A DNA stretch of 26,453 nucleotides from a virus. Taxonomy: Duplodnaviria; Caudoviricetes. Numbering within the stretch: position 1 is the first letter of the stretch; each line of letters begins with the position of its first letter. The translations under genes were made by a program, and so were the position numbers. Positions 11,050-18,109 of the stretch are shown one piece after another. The stretch is taken from the IMG/VR virus record IMGVR_UViG_3300037631_005788, positions 1-26,453 of that record. One strand, written 5' to 3'. Below the pieces are notes generated by a model, which made no database searches, was not told where the DNA came from, and saw only the letters and a list, made by a program, of their open reading frames with translations.

Positions 11050-11361
11050 TTATCCCATCAAATCTTCATCGTCAAAATATTGGATTAGATCATCTGGTAG
11101 TTCATCTCGATTTCTTACTACTATGGTATCAAAACATGGATGGCATTCTTCCATGATCAGATAATTTGATCCATAGTATACATCATCAATGTCAAATTCC
11201 CTATTTTTATTTGCTTCATCTATAAGATCTCTATCATATAAATGACCAACAGGCAATTCATCAAATGTAAATGGAATTCCATTTAAACAATACATTTTGA
11301 CAATTTTACTACCGTCATTAAACCAATTAAATGATTGCTGTACCGTATATGAGCCAGTCAT
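11050..11361 (-). CDS. acidic hypothetical phage protein (~103 aa)
   Basis: ORF track starts at TTG 11373; ATG 11361 (MTGSYTVQQSFNW...) is more plausible given the late motif at 11381-11387. Confidence 0.75.
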   Translation of the reverse strand: MTGSYTVQQSFNWFNDGSKIVKMYCLNGIPFTFDELPVGHLYDRDLIDEANKNREFDIDDVYYGSNYLIMEECHPCFDTIVVRNRDELPDDLIQYFDDEDLMG

Positions 11362-11380
11362 AATACTCTGCAAGTGGTTT

Positions 11381-11387
11381 TATTTAT
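11381..11387 (-). promoter_or_regulatory. T4-type late promoter motif ATAAATA
   Basis: tatttat immediately downstream of tRNA-Leu and upstream of the 103-aa ORF. Confidence 0.65.
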
Positions 11388-11392
11388 TTTAA

Positions 11393-11477
11393 TGCGAGTA
11401 GGGAGACTTGAACTCCCACGAGATTAATTCTCAACAGATTTTAAGTCTGGTGCGTCTACCGATTCCGCCATACTCGC
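11393..11477 (-). tRNA. trnL-UAA: tRNA-Leu (UAA), intronless, CCA not encoded
   Basis: GCGAGTA/TACTCGC-A acceptor, D-loop with GG, anticodon loop CT-TAA-AA, variable arm GAGA/TCTC, T arm GGGAG-TTCAAGT-CTCCC. Confidence 0.95.
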
Positions 11478-11481
11478 TTAG

Positions 11482-11554
11482 TGCTTCCTGAGAGGATCGA
11501 ACTCTCCTTAGGCAAATTATGAGTTTGCTGCATTCACCAGATTGCTAAGGAAGC
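11482..11554 (-). tRNA. tRNA with CAU anticodon (Ile2/lysidine type or elongator Met)
   Basis: GCTTCCT/AGGAAGC-A acceptor, GCAAA-CTCATAA-TTTGC anticodon arm, GAGAG-TTCGATC-CTCTC T arm. Paired G1-C72 and no GGG/CCC anticodon-stem run, so not an initiator. Confidence 0.9.
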
Positions 11555-11557
11555 AGA

Positions 11558-11645
11558 TACCCGTGGATGGATTTGAACCATCTCAAAGCCTCTAATCTGG
11601 AGGAAAAGGTTTATAAAACCTCTCTGACTACCAAGTCTCACGGGC
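11558..11645 (-). tRNA. non-canonical tRNA or tRNA-like RNA, anticodon UAU (nominally Ile), 88 nt
   Basis: GCCCGTG/CACGGGT-A acceptor, GACT-TGGT-AGTC mini D arm, GAGAGGT-TTTATAA-ACCTTTT anticodon arm, 21-nt variable region with CCTC/GAGG stem, GATGG-TTCAAAT-CCATC T arm. Confidence 0.75.
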
Positions 11646-11655
11646 TGATAATGAA

Positions 11656-11829
11656 CTACTGAGCGTCGTTATTACTCTCAGTGTGTATTCGTATCAGTTC
11701 ATCATCAGCAGGCATCATTACTGCTGCTTTACCATCTTCTCTTATAATACCTATGGTTTCACCTTTTTCAACTCTTTCTAAGAGTTTGTCAAAATTATCT
11801 TCCCATTCTTTTAGAGTAAAAACTTCCAT
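11656..11829 (-). CDS. 57-aa Phd/YefM antitoxin-like protein (not in ORF track)
   Basis: MEVFTLKEWEDNFDKLLERVEKGETIGIIREDGKAAVMMPADDELIRIHTESNNDAQ*; GGAGG RBS upstream; ATG abuts the upstream TAA (TAAATG). Fits the Phd/YefM N-terminal pattern (..E....l..ll..v..Ge.v.It..g...av..p). Confidence 0.75.
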   Translation of the reverse strand: MEVFTLKEWEDNFDKLLERVEKGETIGIIREDGKAAVMMPADDELIRIHTESNNDAQ

Positions 11830-12018
11830 TTACACCTCCAGTGGTTCTGCATAAACCAAAGCATCTTCTGGACAAGTATTGCGAATGACTTCAAGAACAC
11901 TCATAAACTGATCTACAGTATCACAAATAATCTCTTTGGTGTCTCCTTCACTAGAATAGATGTAGAATGTGCGTTTGGTAGGGTCTACAACACAACGTGT
12001 GAGAAACTCGTCTTGCAT
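11830..12018 (-). CDS. small acidic hypothetical protein, 62 aa
   Basis: First ORF after the consensus promoter; AAGG before the ATG; its stop abuts the next start. Confidence 0.8.
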   Translation of the reverse strand: MQDEFLTRCVVDPTKRTFYIYSSEGDTKEIICDTVDQFMSVLEVIRNTCPEDALVYAEPLEV

Positions 12019-12042
12019 GATGCCTTGGTTGCTTACTCATAT

Positions 12043-12071
12043 ATTATAGAGCATTCAGGCACGGGTGTCAA
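12043..12071 (-). promoter_or_regulatory. perfect consensus sigma70 promoter
   Basis: Minus strand TTGACA (12071-12066), 17 nt, TATAAT (12048-12043). Confidence 0.9.
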
Positions 12072-12079
12072 CTGTGCCA

Positions 12080-13807
12080 CTAAGAGAAGCGGTTCCTAAC
12101 GCCATTATATAAAGATTGAACTTCATTTGATGTTAGTGCTCTGTTATATACACGAAACAGGGATAATTCCATTGGAATTCGATAAAGATTATTACTTTTC
12201 CATCCAGCAATTCTTCCGTTACCAGAATTAAAGTTTCTATCTGATGAATCTTCGTTTGTGGGTAAAATTTTCGTTAATGATTGAAGATTGCCATTAATAT
12301 AAATTTTGTTATTTGTATACGAAACATCAGATCTCATTTCAAATACATAATGAATAAAATTATCAATCAGACCTAAATTATTAACATTCGTAGAATTAAT
12401 ACCATAAAGATCACTATTACTAGTGTTAAATCCTAATGCAATTGGTGTTCCATTACCTGAAATGGGACCAGACCATACACTATACTTATTCCAACCAAAT
12501 AGTATATGTCCTTCTAGATCAGTGGTATCAATATCCGATTCTAATCTTGCAAGTAATTCTACTGTAACTGTAGGTGTATTAGATGTGACATTAGCAACTG
12601 TAAAATCTATAAAATCATCAGTGCCATCAAAATCAAAGCGATTTCGTTCTTCCGATATAGGATCTCGTATGAAATTTGCTGGTGGACTACCACCAAGATT
12701 CGAATCATTATTATCAGTCAAATCATACCAAATAGTTCCTGATCCATAATATGAAGAATTGTTTGATGCATCCAAATGAAGGAAAAGACCTTGAGGAATA
12801 GGTAATCCTCCTGGAGTATCTAAATTTTGAATTGCACTAATTGCAGAAGCATTTTTTGTTTTTCTTATGTTAACTTCATTTTTAGTATTTTGTATCCCCC
12901 AATGAGATAATTCTTTTTCCGATTTATTATCTTTTAAAGTATTAAGTGTATCACGAAGTGAATCTCGTTCTATTCTTTTTTCTATAATTTGGTCGTAAAG
13001 AGAATTAATTTCAGTTCTAATTTCAACACACCTATTTTGTGCTGCTACACCTGTAAGAGACGTGTTTGTTGCTAGAAGACCACCTGCTCCAGGATAAGAC
13101 CAACCAATAGCTGGAGTTCCTAGTCCATGTGTTGCTGCTGGAGTTGTAAGATCAAATCTTCCATCACCAATGTTCGCACCACTGCCATCAGTTCCCAGAC
13201 CAGTTACAGCACCAGAAGTATTTCTAAATTCTTTATTATCTCTTACATTTCTATATCCATATCCAGAATATGATGAATCTAATATTACAGTACTATCTGG
13301 ATCAAAAGGATTTTCTGCTCCAGCATCATAACCAGGTCCTGCCATTTTTTCATATATTTTTACAAATTCAACATCATTATTAATAGTAGTAATTGATGAG
13401 AATGATGATACAACACCTACATTTCCAACACTGTGTGCAATTCCAGGATTACAATTGCGACCTGTTGCTTCAGTTGATAAAGTTACTATTTGTTGTTTTA
13501 ATAAATTAATATCATTATTGAAAGTAATGATTTTATTGTCAACCGATGCACATAGTTTTCGTAAAACCTCTGCGTTATTTTTTATTTCTCGTTCTTTATC
13601 AGAAATTACATTTTCATCATAAAAAGTTTCCTTTGGTGTATATTGTGTTTTTGACCAAGTCCCATCTTCAGATTGTTCAATCTTATCAAATATAAGACCT
13701 TCTGGTGCTGTTTCGTCCGATTGCTTATCAAAAGCACCATCTAAAGAGTTTTGCTCATTTTCAAGAATTTTTATCCCTTGTCTTCTTATTGAGTCATCAA
13801 TATCCAT
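12080..13807 (-). CDS. virion protein with coiled-coil N-terminal half and C-terminal LamG/concanavalin A-like domain, 575 aa
   Basis: GLFLHLDASNNSSYYGSGTIWYDLT, FDFDGTDDFI and FRVYNRALTSNEVQSLYN are typical of phage LamG-like domains; ATG abuts the upstream stop. Confidence 0.8.
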   Translation of the reverse strand: MDIDDSIRRQGIKILENEQNSLDGAFDKQSDETAPEGLIFDKIEQSEDGTWSKTQYTPKETFYDENVISDKEREIKNNAEVLRKLCASVDNKIITFNNDINLLKQQIVTLSTEATGRNCNPGIAHSVGNVGVVSSFSSITTINNDVEFVKIYEKMAGPGYDAGAENPFDPDSTVILDSSYSGYGYRNVRDNKEFRNTSGAVTGLGTDGSGANIGDGRFDLTTPAATHGLGTPAIGWSYPGAGGLLATNTSLTGVAAQNRCVEIRTEINSLYDQIIEKRIERDSLRDTLNTLKDNKSEKELSHWGIQNTKNEVNIRKTKNASAISAIQNLDTPGGLPIPQGLFLHLDASNNSSYYGSGTIWYDLTDNNDSNLGGSPPANFIRDPISEERNRFDFDGTDDFIDFTVANVTSNTPTVTVELLARLESDIDTTDLEGHILFGWNKYSVWSGPISGNGTPIALGFNTSNSDLYGINSTNVNNLGLIDNFIHYVFEMRSDVSYTNNKIYINGNLQSLTKILPTNEDSSDRNFNSGNGRIAGWKSNNLYRIPMELSLFRVYNRALTSNEVQSLYNGVRNRFS

Positions 13808-14608
13808 TTAATTCTCCAACGCAATAATTCTTGTTTTTAATAATTCTATTTCTTTTTGTTGTTCTTGAACTGCACCAACTAGTAATGCTGTAAGTTTATC
13901 ATATTTTATTGATTTATATGATTTATCGTAAAATACTTTAGTTCCAGTCACTTCCGGAACATATTTATCCATTTCCTGTGCAATGAACCCTATTTCTCTT
14001 TTTAACACATCATTTTCATCACGATGATCTTTTAAAAAGATAGAAGGTATTTTTTCCTCTCTCCAATCAAATGAAACGGGATTTAGTTGCATGATTTTAT
14101 TTAAACATTCTAAATCATCAAGTCTTTTAATATTTTTTTTCAGTCTAATATCAGAATGCCCGTGAGCTATTGTTTCAACTGGACTACCATTTAAAAACCA
14201 AAAACCGTTCAATAAACCTTTAGCTGCACAATTATTTGATGATGGAGTTACTTCTTTAGTCCCTGGAACAATTTTTGAATACAATCCTGTAATTTTCTGG
14301 CAAACAGCATTATATGATGCTTCTAAAGCACCCAAAGATAAGTTTGAACCAATCTTAATGTGTGATCCTGTATTATTATAAATTCCAACATGATTATTCA
14401 ATCCAATTGAATTGAAAGATAATGGCGATGTAATAGAGGGTCCACAAACTAATGAAGCAGTGAATGGCAATGCAGTAGCACCTGCACCAAAGTGTCCCTT
14501 ATGGCATGATAATGATCCTGGTTCCCAAAGACCAAGAGGTAATTGTAAAGCGCCACCACCAAGTGGAGTTATTATATCGATACTACCTACTGTCAGACTA
14601 TCAATCAT
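13808..14608 (-). CDS. putative spike-tip protein with C-terminal S74 intramolecular chaperone (~266 aa)
   Basis: Start taken as ATG 14608 (GAGGG upstream, no overlap with the previous gene) rather than 14647. HSDIRLKKNI...LNPVSFDW...GFIAQE...IKYDKLTALLVGAVQEQQKEI is an S74 signature. Confidence 0.8.
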   Translation of the reverse strand: MIDSLTVGSIDIITPLGGGALQLPLGLWEPGSLSCHKGHFGAGATALPFTASLVCGPSITSPLSFNSIGLNNHVGIYNNTGSHIKIGSNLSLGALEASYNAVCQKITGLYSKIVPGTKEVTPSSNNCAAKGLLNGFWFLNGSPVETIAHGHSDIRLKKNIKRLDDLECLNKIMQLNPVSFDWREEKIPSIFLKDHRDENDVLKREIGFIAQEMDKYVPEVTGTKVFYDKSYKSIKYDKLTALLVGAVQEQQKEIELLKTRIIALEN

Positions 14609-14621
14609 TTTGTTTCCCTCG

Positions 14622-15197
14622 TTATTTGCAAGATTGTAAGATAGCATTCGTAATAGATGCCCAGTTTCCTGAAAGAATGGCTTTCAAAAATCCTGCGCTA
14701 GCAACAGAACTTCCTTTAGAGAAACCACCACTAATCATAACTGAACCTACAAAATTTATATTGCCTTCACTTATGATACACATTCTACTTGCAGAAACTC
14801 TGAACTCACCACCAGTAGATAATTGTAAATATCCATTACATTCTGCCATTATATTACCTTTACCTGCCTCACCATCACTGGCAGTAAAGTAAATATTTCT
14901 ACCTTTCAGAAAAATATCTCCTGCTTCTGCGTTTAAAACAATATCTCCAGACTTAGCAACAATTGCTTTACTAGTTAAACCTTGCTTAGATGGATCTCCG
15001 TTAACACCAACTACTTCTCCACTAAATCCTTGAATAACTTCTTTATAATTGCCGTTTTTTGCATGTGTAAGAGTATTTCCACCAGAAGTTATAGTTGTCA
15101 AATCGCGTTTATGATCAACACTATCCACTTCAAGTGGTCCACAATGAATAAGTGCATGTGGATTTCTTGCTAATGTATAATCGGGTGCATTTGCCAT
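14622..15197 (-). CDS. gp5 C-terminal-like beta-helical spike segment, 191 aa
   Basis: Short Gly-punctuated beta repeats (AKSGDIVLNAEAGDIFLKGRNIYFTA, GNIMAECNGYLQLSTGGEFRVSA); located after the gp5-like genes. Confidence 0.6.
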   Translation of the reverse strand: MANAPDYTLARNPHALIHCGPLEVDSVDHKRDLTTITSGGNTLTHAKNGNYKEVIQGFSGEVVGVNGDPSKQGLTSKAIVAKSGDIVLNAEAGDIFLKGRNIYFTASDGEAGKGNIMAECNGYLQLSTGGEFRVSASRMCIISEGNINFVGSVMISGGFSKGSSVASAGFLKAILSGNWASITNAILQSCK

Positions 15198-15216
15198 ATT
15201 ATATTATTATTTTAAG

Positions 15217-15223
15217 TATTTAT
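15217..15223 (-). promoter_or_regulatory. T4-type late promoter motif ATAAATA
   Basis: tatttat overlapping the stop of the 948-aa gene, upstream of ATG 15197. Confidence 0.65.
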
Positions 15224-18069
15224 TAGTAACCAGAATATCCGGAGGAGGACGATACATCACTAGATGATGATGAATTAGTGCTACTAGATGGCGATGAATT
15301 AGTGCTACTAGATGTGTTTGAATCAGTAGATGGTGATGAATTAGTGCTACTAGATGTGTTTGAATCAGTAGATGATGGAGAACTAGTGCTACTAGATGTG
15401 TTTGAATTAGTATATGATGCTGAAGTAGATCCAACAACTCTTTGCATATTCTCTAAACTTTCTAATACAGTATCATAAATTATTTGATGAGGTTGAATAG
15501 TATGGACCGCACCAACCATTTTTCTTTTGGTATCAGGGTGATAATGGAATGGACCTGAATATGCATCTCCATTTACATAACCAATATTTGGTCTAGTTTT
15601 TCCAACACAATCAATAACTTGAACTAATTTATTAGAGTCGACAAGTTTATCATTCTCATTTTCCAAGAAAATATTTAGTGGAATAAACTTCAATCTTGCC
15701 CTAAATTCTGCACCTGCTCCACTTTTACTAATTATAGAAATATTAGGTATAGTTGTATATCCGTATCCAGTTTCAAGAATATTAAAAGCAACAATTTGCC
15801 CCAATGGATTAATATCAACATAAAATTCTCCACCATCACCATCACTTATAACAACCGTATCACCACCAGTATATCCAATACCAGTTGAAATGATATCAAC
15901 ATCGCTAATAATTGCAACAGTATCTCCAGTGCCTGGTTGAGTAGTGTCAGAACTACCAGGATCTGTAGGATTAGTAGGATCTTCAATTATAACTGATGGA
16001 GGATCTACTATTGGATTATTGGGATCTGTGGGATCTGTTATTGGATTATTGGGATCTGTGGGATCTGTTATTGGATTATTAGGATCTATTGTTGGATCAT
16101 TGGGATCTGTGGGATCTGTTATTGGATTATTAGGATCTATTGTTGGATCATTAGGATCTATGGGATACGTTATTGGATTATTAGGATCAAGTTGTTTAGA
16201 TACAACTATATTGAGTGTTCTAACATCAGTTTGAATAATCGATCCTTCATTCTGACTTTTAATACCATTATCATTTTCTGCTACTAATCTATAAGTTAAA
16301 GTAACTCCATTTCCATTTGATGGAATCACTATATCTTGTGGAATAACTACTGTTAAAGATCCATTTGCAGGGATTTTGGTTATAGTGTTATCAAAAGTAG
16401 TATTTTGTAAAGTAGTTTTTTCAGAATTTGTCGTTTTCCAATCAAGTGTTACAAGATCACCAGGAGTAGCTTTATATGATGTTGCTTTAAACAATGTAAT
16501 TTTTGGCGGAAGTATATTAATTGGTTCATCTACTTGTCCATTTCTTAAAACAGTTATAATAATTGTTTTTTCTGTGACTTGAGTTGAAGAATTTTTATTA
16601 TTATTGCTAGCAACTAAAGTTATCTTCTTTGTTGTTAAATTTTCTTCGGGACCGAAAGAGACCTCTGATTCTAAAATTGGGAAACTTACAGTACCAACAT
16701 TAGGTAAATCATCATATAATTCCATACCTTTTATATAAATTTTATCAGCATTTATCACACTCCAATTTAAACTTATAGTTCCATCAACTTGTAATGGATT
16801 TGGTGATCCAAAAAATGTTTCAATAACGGGTGATCCACCATTATAACTATTATTATAATCCGATCCTGGATTGTCTATTACAATCTCTGATATACTTCCA
16901 GTTTGATATCCATCTGCATCTAATTCCATAATAACAAATCCAGATGCATTAGATCCACAACCTGCTGGATCAACAATTTGCACAAAAGGTGGTGTCGTAT
17001 AATCACTTCCACCACTTATAAGATTTGTCCCTATAACTTGCCCGATTGTATTAACAACAGCATCTGCAACTGCACCAGATCCACCACCACCAAAAATTTT
17101 AACCTGGGGTAATCCACATTCAAATGTTCCTGTATAACATTCACCTGGACTTTGTGATGAATTACCATCTTCACCAAAGAAATCGTCTAATAAACCATCC
17201 GCACCTGCAGTGATTTCTCCTGCAAATGATGGGGAAATACCAAAATTGAAATTTGAAAAATTATCTTTTTCTGTTTTAGATGGTCCACCCCAAGGCGATA
17301 GTGAAAATTCTTTAATTTCTGGACACTCTGGACCACCACATAAGAAACCTTGGAATCCAAGAATAAAATCAATAGCAGAAGAAACAGAACCAAAGATTTT
17401 ACCAACACCACCCAAAATATCATTAATGTTATCAAAAATAGGTTCCAATATTTTATCAATATCACCAACTAACCTATTAATGAGTGCATTAGTCCATTGT
17501 TCCATAGCACAAAATGGTGCCTGCACAATTTGTCCGATAAGTGAGTATAAGAAATCACCAACTAATCCAAATAATCCTTTAATTATTTTTTCAAAAGAAC
17601 AGAAAATTTGATCTACGATTGCAGCAACAATAGATTCCTTAATTGTTTTCAAGAAATTTGTCATAATCATTTCAAGAGCTGCACTAATAAGTGATTTAAT
17701 CTTATTAAGAATCCAATTTCTTAATCTTTGAACTAATGATTTTAAGACTCCAGCAATAGCACCAGTAATAGCATAAATTGTACTCTTTAAATTTGAAACA
17801 GCATTTGTTGCCGCATTAATATAGAAGTTACCATACTTTTGAATACCACGTAAGACAACAAAAATTTTCTGTATATTAGTATTAATTTCGCCTAATTTTC
17901 CTTGAGATGAACATGGATCACCCTTTTGGTAAATTTCATCATCTAGTATTTTGGATTTATTATCTATTGCACTACGCCAATACTGCTGCCCAAATAAATT
18001 CTGTGCTTCCTCAGAAGTTGCATTACCACCATAAGGTGTGTGACTAGTTGTTACATTTGATTTTGCCAT
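15223..18069 (-). CDS. baseplate hub/gp5-associated protein, 948 aa, with helical N-terminus, two Ig-like inserts, Asp-Pro repeats and Ser-rich tail
   Basis: AAGGAGG RBS at 18087-18081; GGGGSGA..A and G.GYTT.P modules; directly follows the gp5 OB-fold gene. No lysozyme motif recognised. Confidence 0.7.
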   Translation of the reverse strand: MAKSNVTTSHTPYGGNATSEEAQNLFGQQYWRSAIDNKSKILDDEIYQKGDPCSSQGKLGEINTNIQKIFVVLRGIQKYGNFYINAATNAVSNLKSTIYAITGAIAGVLKSLVQRLRNWILNKIKSLISAALEMIMTNFLKTIKESIVAAIVDQIFCSFEKIIKGLFGLVGDFLYSLIGQIVQAPFCAMEQWTNALINRLVGDIDKILEPIFDNINDILGGVGKIFGSVSSAIDFILGFQGFLCGGPECPEIKEFSLSPWGGPSKTEKDNFSNFNFGISPSFAGEITAGADGLLDDFFGEDGNSSQSPGECYTGTFECGLPQVKIFGGGGSGAVADAVVNTIGQVIGTNLISGGSDYTTPPFVQIVDPAGCGSNASGFVIMELDADGYQTGSISEIVIDNPGSDYNNSYNGGSPVIETFFGSPNPLQVDGTISLNWSVINADKIYIKGMELYDDLPNVGTVSFPILESEVSFGPEENLTTKKITLVASNNNKNSSTQVTEKTIIITVLRNGQVDEPINILPPKITLFKATSYKATPGDLVTLDWKTTNSEKTTLQNTTFDNTITKIPANGSLTVVIPQDIVIPSNGNGVTLTYRLVAENDNGIKSQNEGSIIQTDVRTLNIVVSKQLDPNNPITYPIDPNDPTIDPNNPITDPTDPNDPTIDPNNPITDPTDPNNPITDPTDPNNPIVDPPSVIIEDPTNPTDPGSSDTTQPGTGDTVAIISDVDIISTGIGYTGGDTVVISDGDGGEFYVDINPLGQIVAFNILETGYGYTTIPNISIISKSGAGAEFRARLKFIPLNIFLENENDKLVDSNKLVQVIDCVGKTRPNIGYVNGDAYSGPFHYHPDTKRKMVGAVHTIQPHQIIYDTVLESLENMQRVVGSTSASYTNSNTSSSTSSPSSTDSNTSSSTNSSPSTDSNTSSSTNSSPSSSTNSSSSSDVSSSSGYSGY
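15269..15418. repeat. tandem repeat, 3 x 42 nt plus a 24-nt partial unit, encoding Ser/Thr-rich PSTDSNTSSSTNSS
   Basis: Units start at 15293, 15335 and 15377 (gatgaattagtgctactagatgtgtttgaatcagtagatg..); partial unit at 15269. Confidence 0.9.
15958..16188. repeat. nested 30-nt and 51-nt tandem repeats encoding DPTDPNNPIT / DPNDPTIDPNNPITDPT
   Basis: Recurrent ggatc and ttggattatt units, all in multiples of 3. Confidence 0.9.
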
Positions 18070-18094
18070 CTATAATTTTACCTCCTTATGCTCG

Positions 18095-18101
18095 TATTTA
18101 T
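18095..18101 (-). promoter_or_regulatory. T4-type late promoter motif ATAAATA
   Basis: tatttat in the 40-nt gap upstream of the RBS and ATG 18069. Confidence 0.7.
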
Positions 18102-18109
18102 CAATCATA

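Noticed and set aside
11393-11477. Group I intron in tRNA-Leu(UAA), as in many cyanobacteria
   Set aside because: The anticodon loop is continuous and the gene is only 85 nt.
11830-12018. ORF62 as the cognate toxin of the Phd-like ORF
   Set aside because: Short and acidic, with no RelE/ParE, PIN or Fic motif that I can recognise. Not excluded without a structure search, but unsupported.
15269-16188. Regularly spaced repeats as a possible CRISPR or mini-array
   Set aside because: Units are contiguous multiples of 3 inside a reading frame, with no unique spacers and no cas genes.
18070-18108. Mini-ORF MIDKYEHKEVKL ending in TAG, in frame with the 948-aa gene (possible amber readthrough or recoding)
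   Set aside because: TAG serves as a normal stop elsewhere (12080, 11656, 21902) and no suppressor tRNA is present. The stretch is explained by the late motif and AAGGAGG RBS for ATG 18069.
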